Positions 10,366 to 23,316 are shown, numbered from the stretch's first letter. The stretch is 35,305 bases of DNA from Paraglomus brasilianum (GCA_910592345.1 CAJVPI010000326.1:1-35305), one strand, 5' to 3'. A program made the numbers and translations. The notes: generated from the letters alone by a model not told the origin.

Positions 10366-12677
10366 ATGCCAGAGAAATACATCCAAAATACGAGTACTGA
10401 TAGGGAAAAGGACATCAAGACCAACTACATCGGTATGTGATAGATTTTTAGTGGCTATTACTTAAGAGGCGATGTTGGAAATCTCGTTTAACATTTTTTT
10501 TGTTGGATAGATCTTGCTTGTTCGCTACTAGGTGGGAAAGTCTTGAGCTGCAGCGACGAATTCTTTGCCGAGGCAGAGAACTTGATAAAGAGAGAAAAAC
10601 CTGTGCGAGATCCATCCAGATTTACAGATCGGGGTGCTTGGTATGACGGGTGGGAAACCCGTCGACACAATCATAGTTACGATTGGTTAGTGAGACTGAT
10701 TACAATTATTCGTCGAAATTGGCCGCGTCGGCTAATCCTCACTCTTTTAACTTTGCAAAGGGTTATCATCAAACTCGCTTTTGCGGGGACAATTGATGCG
10801 TTTGATATTGACACGTCGTATTTTAATGGCAATCATCCTCCGGCTGCTAACGTCGAAGGGTGTCATTCTCCAGACAAAGATCCAGTGCCGGGAGATGATA
10901 CTTTCGTGAGTTTTCCGCGATCTGTGATCATAAAGTACCCAGTTAATCCACATATGCTAACTCGAATACATTTTCTATAGTGGGTTGAGATACTGCCTCG
11001 AGTCGACCTAGGCCCTAGTGCATCACATTATTTCAAAGCTCAAACACCAAATAGCCGACAATGCTATACTCACGTCAGGCTGAACATATATCCAGACGGC
11101 GGTGTTGTAAGTACGAACATTTTCATCTAATATTAACTCCAAATGTCAATGGAGGCTCTAAATTGCTCAGTCAATCTAAATAGGCTCGGTTTCGAGTTTA
11201 TGGGAATGTACGGCCCATTTGGCCGCGCGACAAAAGAGCCACCATTGATCTGGCATTCATCGGTAACGGAGGCCAAGTGGTCGCATGTAGTGACCAACAT
11301 TTTGGCGCAAAGGACAATATACTACTCCCAGGTCGTGGGAAGGACATGAGCGGTGGATGGGAGACCAAAAGGTCCAGGGTCCCTGGACATTGCGACTGGA
11401 TTATTGTTCGGCTCGGGGCTCCCGGACATTTGAAAGACGCTGAGATTGATACAGCGTATTTTAAAGGAAATTTTCCCGAGAGTGTTATGCTTGACGGGTG
11501 TTTCTCGGACTTGGTCAGTCGTTTTGAACTGTTTTTTGCTGGGAATTTTCGGAAATCATGTATTGACGTGCATTGATTGGCGCAGGAAATTCCTGATGAC
11601 ACGACCGAATGGGAAAACATTCTGCCGCGGTCCAAATTAGGGCCAGATAAGCAACATTACTTTCGGCTGAAGGAAACTCGTTGGCAATTCAGTCACGTTA
11701 GAATGACCATGTATCCCGGTAACTATGATTTTTTGCCAATTGCATTCGGATCGGATTTAGATATATTAATATAGCTCGCTAACAATACAATTATCTAAAG
11801 ACGGCGGTATCAAACGACTGCGTCTCTTTGGTCAACTTGCGTTGACAAACAACGGCGAAACAAACGGACATTCGGTTGACTCACACAACACCTCTTCGTC
11901 TTACGCGATTGATGCTGCACCATTGACAAACGATCAATTTGCAGCATACGGACAAGTGATAGAGGCATTTGCCGAATCAAACCTTAATTCTCCGTTTGCA
12001 ATGTCGATTACGCATGGTATTCGAGTGACCCCTGCAAATCAGGGGACAGCTCGCAAATACAATCATATAGCGAAAGCAGCGAACTTTCGACAATCTGCTA
12101 TAACACAGGACGGCAAGCTCATATCAAAAGCTGAGCAAAATATCTGTCTTTATCATTGTCAACCGACGACCGAGTTTCCATTTAAACTAAAATTACTGGA
12201 ACGTCATTTATACTCCTCTCAGGCGTTCATTCCATTAGATGGAAGTAGTGAGGGATATCTGGTGATTGTTTGTTTAAACGGGCAAGGTACGATTTCCAAT
12301 TCCGAGTAGATTTTTGATTGCTTGAGCCGTTATTATTAACTGTAATTATTGTCTGATTTTGCAGATGACAAGCCAGATTTATCAACTTTACGTGCCTTTG
12401 TTGGGTCTTCTAAACAAGGCATTAATTACTTTCCTGGTGTCTGGCATCATCCCATGATTGCCTTGAAACAAGTAAGCTAGAGATTTTAACCTAAGCGACT
12501 CCTTGCAAGTCTTTATTAGTTGTTGAACACTACGCTAACGTTTATAATAACGCCTAGGTTACAGACTTCGTTTGTCTTGTTCACGAATCTGGTGTTACGG
12601 AGGAGGACTGCGAAGAGATTGCAATAGACGATAATATTACTATCAAACTCCCTGGCCCCATAGATTATAATAATTAG
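10366..12677 (+). CDS. Bifunctional allantoicase / ureidoglycolate lyase (Dal2-Dal3 fusion), 9 exons (10366-10432, 10511-10685, 10761-10905, 10981-11106, 11184-11513, 11586-11718, 11801-12286, 12365-12471, 12558-12677)
   Basis: Two allantoicase repeats ([74 protein letters not shown]). These continue in frame within exon 7 into [35 protein letters not shown] and later [17 protein letters not shown]. Confidence 0.93.
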
Positions 12678-12908
12678 ATTCAGATTAATATAATTGCTTT
12701 AATTTACTTGTTAAGGCACGTAGTGTGAGAGATTATATAGAACAAATAGTTTCGAAATAGAATTTTGATCTATATTCAAATCAAATAACTGGTGTGCGAT
12801 TGTAAAAATAAATAAACACCACACACTGAACACAAAGGAAAATGTGACGTGTAAATCAGATATTTAATATATTATAATCAATATGAACTTGGGCAACTAA
12901 CAGCAAAA

Positions 12909-12981
12909 TGGAGACGCCGGGCGTCGATCCCGGTACCTCTCGCATGCGAAGCGAGCGCTCTACCAGTTGAGCTACGTCCCC
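12909..12981 (-). tRNA. tRNA-Ala (anticodon CGC)
   Basis: GGGGACGTAGCTCAACTGGTAGAGCGCTCGCTTCGCATGCGAGAGGTACCGGGATCGACGCCCGGCGTCTCCA folds to a cloverleaf with a G3:U70 pair; TTTT Pol III terminator follows immediately. Confidence 0.97.
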
Positions 12982-13032
12982 GAAAGCTGTATACTGTCTT
13001 TGCAATTAAATTATTTAAATGTTCAGCTATAC

Positions 13033-13064
13033 TCACGTGATGTTTACCACTGCTAAAAAATTTT
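13033..13064 (+). promoter_or_regulatory. E-box (TCACGTGA) and RRPE-like motif (AAAAATTTT) upstream of RLP24
   Basis: Both motifs lie 50-80 bp before the ATG of a ribosome-biogenesis gene; RRPE is typical of RiBi promoters in yeasts. Confidence 0.45.
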
Positions 13065-13112
13065 GGTTGACGATCAGTAGACGTTTGATCACCCTTCTTT
13101 CCTATACGAATT

Positions 13113-14236
13113 ATGCGTTTAGAGAAGTGTTACTTCTGTTCTTCGACAGTTTATCCTGGTCATGGGATAATGTTTGTAAGGAATGACAGCAAAGTATGTC
13201 TCTATCATATAAATCCGTGTTTTTCCTTAGATAGGCCATACAAACAAAGAACTCGGTTCTCAAGTCCAACACTTGTTGACTATTATTTTGAGTTTTATAG
13301 TCGAGGGATATGAAAAATCTTCGATTCAGCTAGACAATAGCAGTCAAATATCAATTTATGTCTGTAGTTTATAAAGGTAAATTATAATAAATTACTGTTG
13401 CCGCGTCTTCTCTTGTTGATTATTAACATGTAAAGATTGAGGTAATACATTATTTGATCAATGTTAGCTTTTCACCCCAAACTTTTATGTAAACCCCCTC
13501 CTGCGAACGCTTATCATCTTTTGAGAATTCTGAATTAACATGAGAACCAAGTTATTTGCTTGTGTGGCTATAATGATAAAACAAGTTTGACTTATTTACA
13601 TTTCATATAAAATAGGTCTTCCGATTTTGCAGGAGCAAATGCCACGCTGCATTCAAACATAAACGCAATCCACGCAAAGTTCGATGGACTAAAGCATTTA
13701 GGAAAGCAATTGGAAAGGAAATGACAATTGTACGTAAAGATTATCTCTTTATTCTCATTTTATATTCTATCCGCACTTTCATTTGTAATCACTATGATTG
13801 CTTCCTTTTCTCTCCTCTCTCTCTCTCTCTCTAGGATTCCACATTCGAGTTTGAAAAACGACGTAATATGCCAGTTCGTTATGACCGTGATCTTATGTCA
13901 ACAACATTAAAGGCAATGAAGAGAGTTGCCGAGATCAGAGCACGACGTGAGCGGGTATTTTACAAGAACAGGTGAGTTTGGAAGGCAGTTTATTTGGAAT
14001 CTTGTATAGAACAGAATAGCACGAATAGTACAAGTGTAAGATGCAATCAGGGGAACACTATTTAATTCTTGTTTCTATCGTACAGAATGGCTGGAAAGGA
14101 GGAGCGTGAAAAAGCCGACAATGTACGCGAAGTACAACGACATATTGAGCTTATCAAAGCGCCTTCTGATAGAGTTAAAGCACGGGTTGTTAGGATTATC
14201 GAGCCAACGCAGCAACAAATGGATCTGGATTCTTAG
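13113..14236 (+). CDS. RLP24: Ribosome biogenesis protein Rlp24, 4 exons (13113-13193, 13616-13729, 13835-13971, 14086-14236)
   Basis: [57 protein letters not shown]...[20 protein letters not shown]. Confidence 0.97.
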
Positions 14237-14416
14237 ATGCTGATATTAACCTTGTACAGATAATTGAAAAGTTCAAATGCATAAAACTACGGGATCTATT
14301 TAAATCAGTCATAGATTGAGAGAGACAAGTTAATATGCATAATAAAATCACTAGCCTTTTTCATTTTTCATCTACTTGGTGGTCTTTCCCCCACCCCCCT
14401 TTCCTTTTTTTCTTCT

Positions 14417-15516
14417 TTATATCTTCCCTTCCTTTCTCAACGCGTGATACAAAGCCAAAGCTGACAATGCTTTCATATCCGGTATTTTCCATAGATCATC
14501 CAATTTTACTAATCTAACAGTAATGCTCTCTCCATGGTCTCGCATCCCGCTCAATTTTCCTTCTAATTTCAGAACATCTTCTCGTTTCATTTCTTTAACA
14601 CATAAACATAACCGCATAAATTCATCACACCCGCCTGGTGATGGATAGACGCCGCGGAATGCGGTGCCATGGGTTAGATCCGTCATATCTATGAGATCGT
14701 TTTCTGTTATTTCGATACCCGTTTCTTCTTTTATTTCCTCTGCGGCCTTTCCGCAGAAATTTCCTGATCCATCAAGCATTCCTAATTTCAAATGAAATAA
14801 TAATAAAAAAGAAGCACATACAGTAATTTTTGATGTTAAGGTTGGGGCGATGCTTTTGTTACATGAGGGAAGCCAAGGAACAGCAGTAACCTGCAGGAAT
14901 TTCTTGAAATGATAGTGAAGGGACAGCGAGACGCGCTTGGCTAGTAAGAACAGCATGCTCTTCCGTCACGTTGTCACCATCTTTAGATTTAAGGATTAGG
15001 AGAACGGCAACCGATCCTCCACGCTGAAATTTGCAAATCGAACAAATTGGGAAAGTTATTAATCATCTTGTAAAAACGGTTCCCAACACAAAAGTCTTGT
15101 AGAAGAATCAGTACAACCATGAATATAATTCCGGGAACGTTCTTTCCATTATCAACTAGTCTCGCATCCACTTTGAACTTTACAAATCCAATTTTCGAGC
15201 CAAAATAGTCAACGTTCTGTATCTCGATCTTTTTAATCTCCAAATTATTCCTTTCTGCCGATTGACTTTTTTCGCTGGACATTGCATCAGCCCATTCCTT
15301 GAATGGTGCAAATTCCAAGACGGCTGAAACGTTAATCTCTGGGTAAGTGGCTGTCACGGGTATGCGCTCTCCGGCTATATGAATTGTGGACATTTTGCGA
15401 TATGCTGGCGGTGAGATAGACGTGAAACGGCGAGGAAATGTACAAGGCAAAGTCGAGAGTTGACCGCGAAGTGATAAAGGTGAGCGATGGAAATGCTTAT
15501 ATGCAGTTTTTAGCAT
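14417..15516 (-). CDS. Nudix hydrolase (ADP-sugar pyrophosphatase / plant NUDX14-like), 3 exons (15516-15118, 15023-14891, 14781-14417)
   Basis: VDYFGSKIGFVKFK, PGIIFMRGGSVAVL, Nudix box EIPAGMLDGSGNFCGKAAEEIKEETG, YPSPGGCDE, GESITVRLV. Confidence 0.92.
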
Positions 15517-15752
15517 TCAATATTTACGACTTGGTTGTTCTGTGAGAGGCAGTCAACTTGCTGAAAATTGGTGTCAGAAGCTGCTCAACTGGAGTTTTTT
15601 TGGCAGAAACTCGCATGATGAGGTCTAGTTAATATTAATCAATGTTTCCAAGAATTTGTGTCACCAGTGTGGCAATTATGGTTCTCTTCGCTTTTGGCCT
15701 GTCCAAATCTTAAACATGTGGCGTTATTTGCAACGATATTACTTTGTTAACA

Positions 15753-16514
15753 ATGCTTTCGCGTCTTGTAAGAGAACATACACAGAAACAGCAGGCTATA
15801 CGAAAGAAAAATGGTTAGATATCAACACTAGATTCGATTTACAAGTATATGTAATTAATACAGCAAAAATTACGGTTATATATAGAACTGCTCCGTAAAG
15901 AGGCTATCCAAGCGGTTAACGAAACGGCAGACGCTTTGACAGATGCCTTGAATGAAAGGTCAGCCTGACATTAACCTATAGTTTATTATGGGGCACGTGA
16001 GTAACCTTTCGATCTGTTTTATTGAATAGAGTCAGCTTAATTTTTAAAACTCAGCGTGAAATCGAATCGGAATCTCGTCAACTTTCAACTGCAACAGCGA
16101 GATATACGAAACAAACTAAGCAATGGCTCACCATGGTTGAGAACTTTAGCAATGCTCTGAAGGTCAAATATATTGGAGAGTCCTTTATTTATTAATATCT
16201 AATTATAGTGTTACTTACGATATGTTGCAATCATTCTTTCAAATAGGAACTGGGCGATGTGGAGAACTGGGCTCAGGTTATAGAAAAGGATATGAGAGAT
16301 ATAGCGTTGACATTGGAATTCGTTCACAAAGGTATTTATGAAATTCGCGTACCATCATGGACAGCACATAATTATTTCTTAAACTCCATTATCTGCATTT
16401 TTGTTCGCAGGTACCATCGGAGGTGAAGTGATCACATCCCCACAACCGATCACCGAGTCGACAAGTACAGAGTCGTCGTCAGCAGTAGTCAGTGAAACCA
16501 AGGATGAAAGATGA
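15753..16514 (+). CDS. BLOC1S1: BLOC-1 subunit 1 (BLOS1/GCN5L1), 5 exons (15753-15813, 15886-15958, 16030-16162, 16247-16331, 16411-16514)
   Basis: Spliced translation MLSRLVREHTQKQQAIRKKNELLRKEAI...TKQWLTMVENFSNALKELGDVENWAQVIEKDMRDIALTLEFVHKG; not shown in the ORF track. Confidence 0.93.
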
Positions 16515-17569
16515 ACTGGGTGTAGGTTTATATTTACGATTTACATAGAACAAACGACCTAAGAATAAATCCAGGGAGAATTGTGACTGTTTGTAATGTT
16601 ATAATTTTGTTGTTCACGACTCGACTTAAATATCTGCATGTGCGTGCGTTATCATTTTTCTATATATTTATCTGTGTACAATGACGGGAAAATCGAACTA
16701 ATTAAGTCTCAACTTAGGATTAATATCTTTAACCCAACGGCGATTCCACCTAATAAATTAATATGGAATTATCGAAAAAGGAATTTTTGATTACGGAAAC
16801 AATTATAAAAGGAAAATTGATGTGATGTCGAATAGACAAGCTGAATGGATCTAAGCGATTTCTCCAATTTGAAAAGCAAGAACCAGATCACATGCTACAA
16901 AGATACAAAACAGAAACACGGAGCAAGCGAAGGAATCTATTAAAAAGAAAGGCATTTTTATTAAGTTTGACTGACAATAGATTGATATTAAATATTAATT
17001 GATAGATTTTTCTTAAACAGCATTGTCAAGTGTAGGCTAAGTTTGGAACCCAAAGATTGTCCGATCTGGTTATATATTATGATAAAAAGGAAGTTGCAAT
17101 GATTATAAAAACACTTTTGGATAATCCTTGGCTTTTTTAGCTGGGCCTGCATTCCTTTTTAACTAAACTACCATACGAATACCAAAGTCAGTTCTGATCG
17201 AATGAGTCGATTCAATAAATAAGAGAAAACGCGTTCTGGCAGATAAACTCGTGAATGCAACCTCTGCAGTATTAATATTACACGCATATAATTCAGTGCA
17301 CATCATCTTACTGATCGGTGTATGTGCCCATTAATATATATTATGAATGTTCTGGTATGATAAGAGTATCTTATTCTATATTACAACAGACCCTAAGTCG
17401 TTCACAATTTGAGTATGATACATATACTATATGTAATGTATGACACAAAAGAGCCCACTTTTTGCTTGACTCAATGCCTACTAGCTACCCTCTCTCTCCC
17501 TCTCTCTCCCTCCCTCCCTCTCTCTCCTCGACAATTCTAAACATTCTATTCCGCTACGCATAATGAATC

Positions 17570-18331
17570 CTACGTTTCCTTGTTTTCTTGTTTCTTTCCT
17601 TGAAATCCGGCTCGACTGATCCGTTTGAAGAAGCTCTTTCTCTTGAATTTGGCTAAATCGTCATCTTTCGATCGGAATCCGTATGCCGTTGAACCCTCGA
17701 GAAAACTATCTCGATACCTGACGGGGTTGGGTCCGTACGATGCATAGGAATTTTCGTAATATGACGAGTCTTTGTGTGTTGGAAAAACGTCGTTGCTTTC
17801 ACCAAATGCTTGTGCCGGCGCTTCAGAGTGGTATGAAAGAGCACGATCATACGGACTGTCATGATGAAATACTGGATTTGAAGAAAGATTGTGTCAGTTG
17901 TTTGTTAACAACAAAAAGAGAGCTCTATGATTTAAACTGGACTCACATGCTCCTCCGTATATCCCCGTAATATCAAGTTGGTCTATATAATCAACTTGTG
18001 GCAGTTGTTTAAGATTAAGGTCGTTATACGTTATGCGCCTATTCATTTTATCAAGAGTCGCCAATCCATCCTCGGTTGGAATAGCGGATTCCGAATGACA
18101 CCGTGCATGTCCCGAGTTGTATGAACCAACTGTTTGTAAAGAGGCCAGCGAGGCTTTTGTTATCAGGAGCGCTCGATCGCCTACGCAATCGTTGTTTGCA
18201 TAGTTGTATAAAGATGCATTATCTAAATCGGGGACTTCAGAAGGAGCAATTGTAGCTACTTCGCTCTTTTCCGAAGCAAGCTTGAGATTTGACTGTGTAT
18301 CGAATGATAACGGATGCTGGATAGCCGACAT
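17570..18331 (-). CDS. Pal1-family (cell morphology / endocytosis) protein, 2 exons (18331-17947, 17871-17570)
   Basis: Spliced motif DYIDQLDITGIYGGALFHHDSPYD matches the Pal1 core (D.IDKLD.TG..G..FHHDGPFD). Confidence 0.8.
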
Positions 18332-20272
18332 TGTATAGAATATTATGCTGTGCAGAAAGTTTTTTGATTAGAGAGAGCGAGGGTCTTCTTTCGTGCTGCA
18401 CTTTTATAATTACATATCAAGGTGTCAGGTATTCAAATAAGGTCTAAATGTGGAAGAGTGTCCGATAATTCTTTGCGTGGTATATTGTGTATTCTTACCT
18501 ACTTTAGTATTATTGATTTGTACAACAATAACGATGATTTGCGTTGGTCGCAATAATGCAAGCATACATTGTCTAATGGCTTTGTAACAACCTCATTCCC
18601 ATTTACCACAATGACTTGTGAGGAAAGTCAAGATCATAAATAAAAATCGAGTGAATAACAAACAGCTTTTTGTAGTAATTACATTGTAATGGGATTTATA
18701 AAAAAGGTAATCAACGTACATTGTTAGTATAATGATACTTGTCACAATTGATCTCACGGCGTATTTGCAAGAATTAACAAATTCAAATTCGGATATTAAC
18801 AGGCAACAACACACTCAACCCTTTACCATTAAAGATTTAAGACTCTCTTTAGTAAAGTGTATTTTTTACAAATGGCAGACTGTCGCGAGGAACTTATACA
18901 AATGGCAGACAAAGGTGTTAGGCGTGCATTTTCGAATTAGTGGATTTAAAATGTTGTAGCACCAATGTTGAGATTGGTCAACTTGGTTTATCACATTACA
19001 CTAACTCCGCTTTGGTCTTGCCAAATAAAGATATCAGGGTAAAAACAGTTCAACCCAATCAGAATTTCGAAATATTGTTTGTGTTTTTAATTTGCAACAA
19101 ATGCTTTAATCGCCACATGTCATGCCGATAATAACCGATATTTCTCTTATCTAAGACAAAGCCAATAAAACGACAACGCTAATACTTTCTAGTATAGTCA
19201 TGGCTAAAGCACGCCACAGATGCAGAGGTGATGAAATATAGTAATAAAATACCTCATACGGGTTTGCATTAATATTAATATTAACATCATCTTTGTTTAT
19301 TGATATATAATAATAACTATTGTCTTTATCAATACATAGTTGGGTTGTGGAAGCTGCGCGCGTAACTTGTAATTTTCGAGTTAAATACAATCTTATCTCT
19401 GATTCGATTCTTTTGTCAAACTCGAGGACTCGTCAAAATTCCCGAAGTATCGCAGCAAGTAATCTTTTCAAAATTACAAATGGCATTATGTATACTGTTA
19501 TATACGTTCCCATTCATCACAGCTCGAGAATAAACATTCAAGACTTTAAACCTCGATTTACTATTACTATTACAGCGTAAAACTTCAAAAAGAACTCGAC
19601 AAGGACTTGGTAAAAATTTCACCTTTGTTTGTTGGAATTGGAATTTTCAAAGCCAAAGTTTATTCGGTATTATTATTATATATTCGTATTGTGTTCTAAT
19701 AGTAACTGACTTAAGCTATGACTATGTTGCCATACAAGTTATGTCATTGTAACCTCACAATACAAAGCGAGCACTGTTCTACATTCCTTGTTTTGTGGTG
19801 CAACCACAAGAAGAAATCTGTGCATATGCCATACTAAATTACGCTACGTAAAAGAAAATAAAATAAAAATTATTCTAAAAGTTCGAACAAAGCTTCTTTC
19901 ATTTTATAATTATGGATAGAAATTTCTTATTTTGACTGAAAAGAAAAGCAATCGACTAAAAAAGAATCTTATTAATATAAGTACATCCTTAATAGAACTG
20001 CCGTTGACGATTGTGTCCTATTATAGTATTTGATTAACCCGTTTACCTTTTTGGCTCTAAAACACTGAAGGATACGCGAGTGAACTTTGAAGATTGGCAA
20101 GGTTATACACGTATATTCTCTCCATTCGATTAATTACGTGCATTTCAATCAAGATAATTTTTTCAAAGCTTTGGTTTATTATCAGACAAGACTGTTGATG
20201 CATCAACTTTGACAACGCAAAATACGTATAATACAATTATTGCTTGCCTGGCCGCGAAATTATCCCCAATAA

Positions 20273-23200
20273 CTACCAATGGGTTAATAAAGGATATGGA
20301 ACAACAACAACTTTTCCATTTTTCTGCTTAGTCTCTTGCCATTTACACAACCAATAATTCATAGCTTTGCAACTCTTCTCGGTCCTATAAACAGTAACAA
20401 ATGTCAACAATAACTTCATAATAAATCAACCTTTAATTTCACACGTTTCCCTCTTACCCAATATTAACCGTCGGTACAATGTGCTTCACATTCAACGACA
20501 TGATGAATGCAGCAAGTTCACGAAAACTCGAGTGTTCTGAATACGGAACGCCAAATATTTGACATACTGAAGATGTATAAGTCGGTTTTATACTAGCATC
20601 CGAGTAAATGGGGGGAGTGTTTAATAGAACCTCGGTTGTATGGAATGGTTGTTCAACCGTTGGTTTATATGTCCATCCCGTTGGACGGATCCCTATAACT
20701 GTAGAGAATCGAGGTCGAAGACTGTCTAAATATTGCACCAGGAGCTGACGTGGCGCAACCGAGAAAGATTAGTAAAAAAAAAAAAAGTACGTAGAGAATA
20801 TAAAGACAATATAAACAAACATACGTCTTGTCTGATGCTAGCCATTGAGGCAACGTGAACACATGCTTCACAAGGATCGTTTGTTAATAGACAGTCAAGC
20901 TCTTTATTCTCCTGGCATGCGAGAAGGCGCCGTTTCTCTGCTGACACGTATATCTTGGAACCAAGAGCTTTAGCAATACCTATCCCCAAACGGAATGTTA
21001 GTGAAATCCAAAAACCTGCAGTGTCATTTCATAGTTGGATTAAACCTTACCAATAAATATCTTTTCCTTTCCAATGAGATATGTCCCCACGACAACCAGC
21101 AACTTACTCTCAGATAATGCAATCCCATTTGCATAATCCTTTTTATCTTTCTGCGCGCTCATTCCGTTTATATCATGAATGTTCTTCTTTTCGATTACTT
21201 GTTTCTCCTCTTTAATAATTTTCTTACCATTCGCCAGTTTTAGCCAATTATCCAGAGCCATCTGGGACGGATCTCTTACCATCTTCTTTTTACTCACATT
21301 ATCCTTACTCACCGGTGCCAACCCACCTCCTTTGATTGCTTTGCCTATCAAAGATACTACAGCTTTCACCACTTGTTCCTGAGCTGGGAAACGATAACGT
21401 GAATTTAGATATGTTGTGTCAAGGTATAACACGTCTATTGGATCTTACAGGTTTGCAATGGCCGAATGAAGGACTTGCTTTGGACATGCCCGGAAATCGC
21501 CAGTGTGCAAGTACCGTCGAACAGTTTTATTATTTTTATCTATGAGTTTAAATAGAAACAACACCGATCCTGGACAACTTTATAAATAATTTAGAGTTAA
21601 TATCCTCATCGTTCGTATACAGCAACCTTCCCCCCTGATACAAAACAGTAAATTTACGTCAACAAGATTTTTTGCTCACTGGTTTGCATCGATCAGGGTT
21701 ACAGTAACGCGTTCGGATTCGATTGGAATTTCCGTATCCATTGGGAGTTTGTGGACATATTCCGGCTTTACGCGGAGATTTTGAATTACGAGATTTCCAG
21801 TCACCGTTGAACAGTAGATTGGTCCATGAGTCCAAGTCGAGGAAAGACCTCCGTAATGATCAGAGTGGAAATGGCTTTGATAACAAATAATATGTTTGGG
21901 AATACTTGTAAAAAATAGTATAATGCAGTACGAGTTGTGGAAAGAGCAGTATGTTCACCTGAGAAAATAAGCAGTACAGTGCGGAATCTGCCCATATTTA
22001 AATGCGTCTACGGTAATTGTCGTATCTGTTTCGTTGTCATCCAACGCTTTGTCAGATTTCCCCTACCCAAGCCCAAATCCCAATTCCAAAAAGTGTTACA
22101 GCTCACCTGGTAACATTTTATACCAAGGACAACGCTTTTTGCTGCCTTTTACCCATCCTTTTCGCTTGTCGTGTTCACTTTTCTGTTTGATCGGCGCTGA
22201 ACCAGATGCAAAAAAATGCTCGCTTTCAAGTTTTGCGATTAACGAAGCTGATACGTTTTCGTTGGTTGTGAGAACTGTACCGGGTTGATTTGAGGTGAAG
22301 GGAGTATTGACTGAGAAAAAAGATGAAAATAAGAAAGACGGATCGGATAACGTATCGGTTGCGGCAGTTGACTCGTGGATGCATTGCGTCATATGAGATT
22401 GTTTCGTCTTGTAATAATAAAGAGACAGTGAAAAAAGAAAGAAAGATTAATAAACAAGTTTAATTCTAGAAAGGAGGGGGGGAGGCGCGGTTGATAAAAT
22501 CTGCCTACATTAGATGAGAGTCTAGTTAAACGCGGTTTGAATAAAGGATGCAATTGATCCACATCCTCGCCAATGCTGTCGGAAAGCATATCGCTTTTAT
22601 AGTCGTCGTCAGACAGATAGATGATACTGGTTTCTATGTTGTCATTTGTACCATCATGTCTGAGAATTCTCTCGGACATCAAATTGTCATTGCCTTCGTG
22701 TGCCATATTACCAACAGTGCCAGTATTGTCAAGAAAGCCATCAACGTTAATGATGTCATAATCGCTGTCGACTATTAATATAGAACCCATTTGATTGTAT
22801 TCTTTAGACGTATGAACGTCATGTGTAGTATTCTCCATAGCGCCCATTACGCATTTTTCTTCGATACCGTTCGCGTCGGCGCACATATCCTCTGCATTAT
22901 CAACCGTATTCAGGTATACCCAACTTGGCAACTCTGGCTTCCAAAAGACCTCCTTCCAACACAAAAAAAAAAAAAAACTCTATACCTCTTCCTTTCGTGT
23001 TTCGTTCTTCCTTTTTACCGAAATAGCTGAATATAGTCGCGTTCGCTGCACTCGATAATATTGGAGCAAGCATGCCATTTGCTTGGGTTTTCTTATTGTT
23101 TGATACAGAAAATTTTGTACCAGCGGCATTCTTCCTGGCAGACTTGGAGGAACGCGAGGCAGCAGACGCGTTTTCAGAAATCTTTTGTTTTTTGTTATAG

Positions 23201-23316
23201 TTATGGTCCTCTTGAACGTACGATTTAGAGGCACAAGTTGGGACTGAGTAGGTTGTAGAAGCAGAAGAAGGGACGTCCACGATAGAATTTGTGAAAATGG
23301 CTTTGTGAGTAAACAT
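20273..23316 (-). CDS. PSO2: DNA interstrand cross-link repair nuclease Pso2/Snm1 (MBL / beta-CASP), multi-exon; in-frame TAA at 21447-21445, so possibly a pseudogene or sequencing error
   Basis: CPWYK, VDAFKYG, YFLSHFHSDHYGGL, DANHCPGS, LHTGDFR, LYLDTTY, GTYLIGKEKIF, PTGWT, VPYSEHSSFREL and VPTVN occur in order across canonical introns. Confidence 0.9.

Noticed and set aside
11842..12309. Stand-alone ureidoglycolate lyase gene
   Set aside because: The ORF starts at TTG and is in frame with the upstream allantoicase exon; no ATG precedes the domain.
13470..13540. U4 snRNA-like 3' segment in the RLP24 intron
   Set aside because: It lacks the U6-pairing 5' end and the kink-turn of U4.
18590..19622. 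Short ORFs between the Pal1-family gene and PSO2
   Set aside because: AT-rich, with no coherent spliced model or family motif; possibly a decayed repeat or gene, but not supportable.
21380..21448. Intron starting at GTAAGA that would remove the PSO2 stop
   Set aside because: The nearby acceptors are out of phase or too close, and splicing would delete the conserved LYLDTTY motif.
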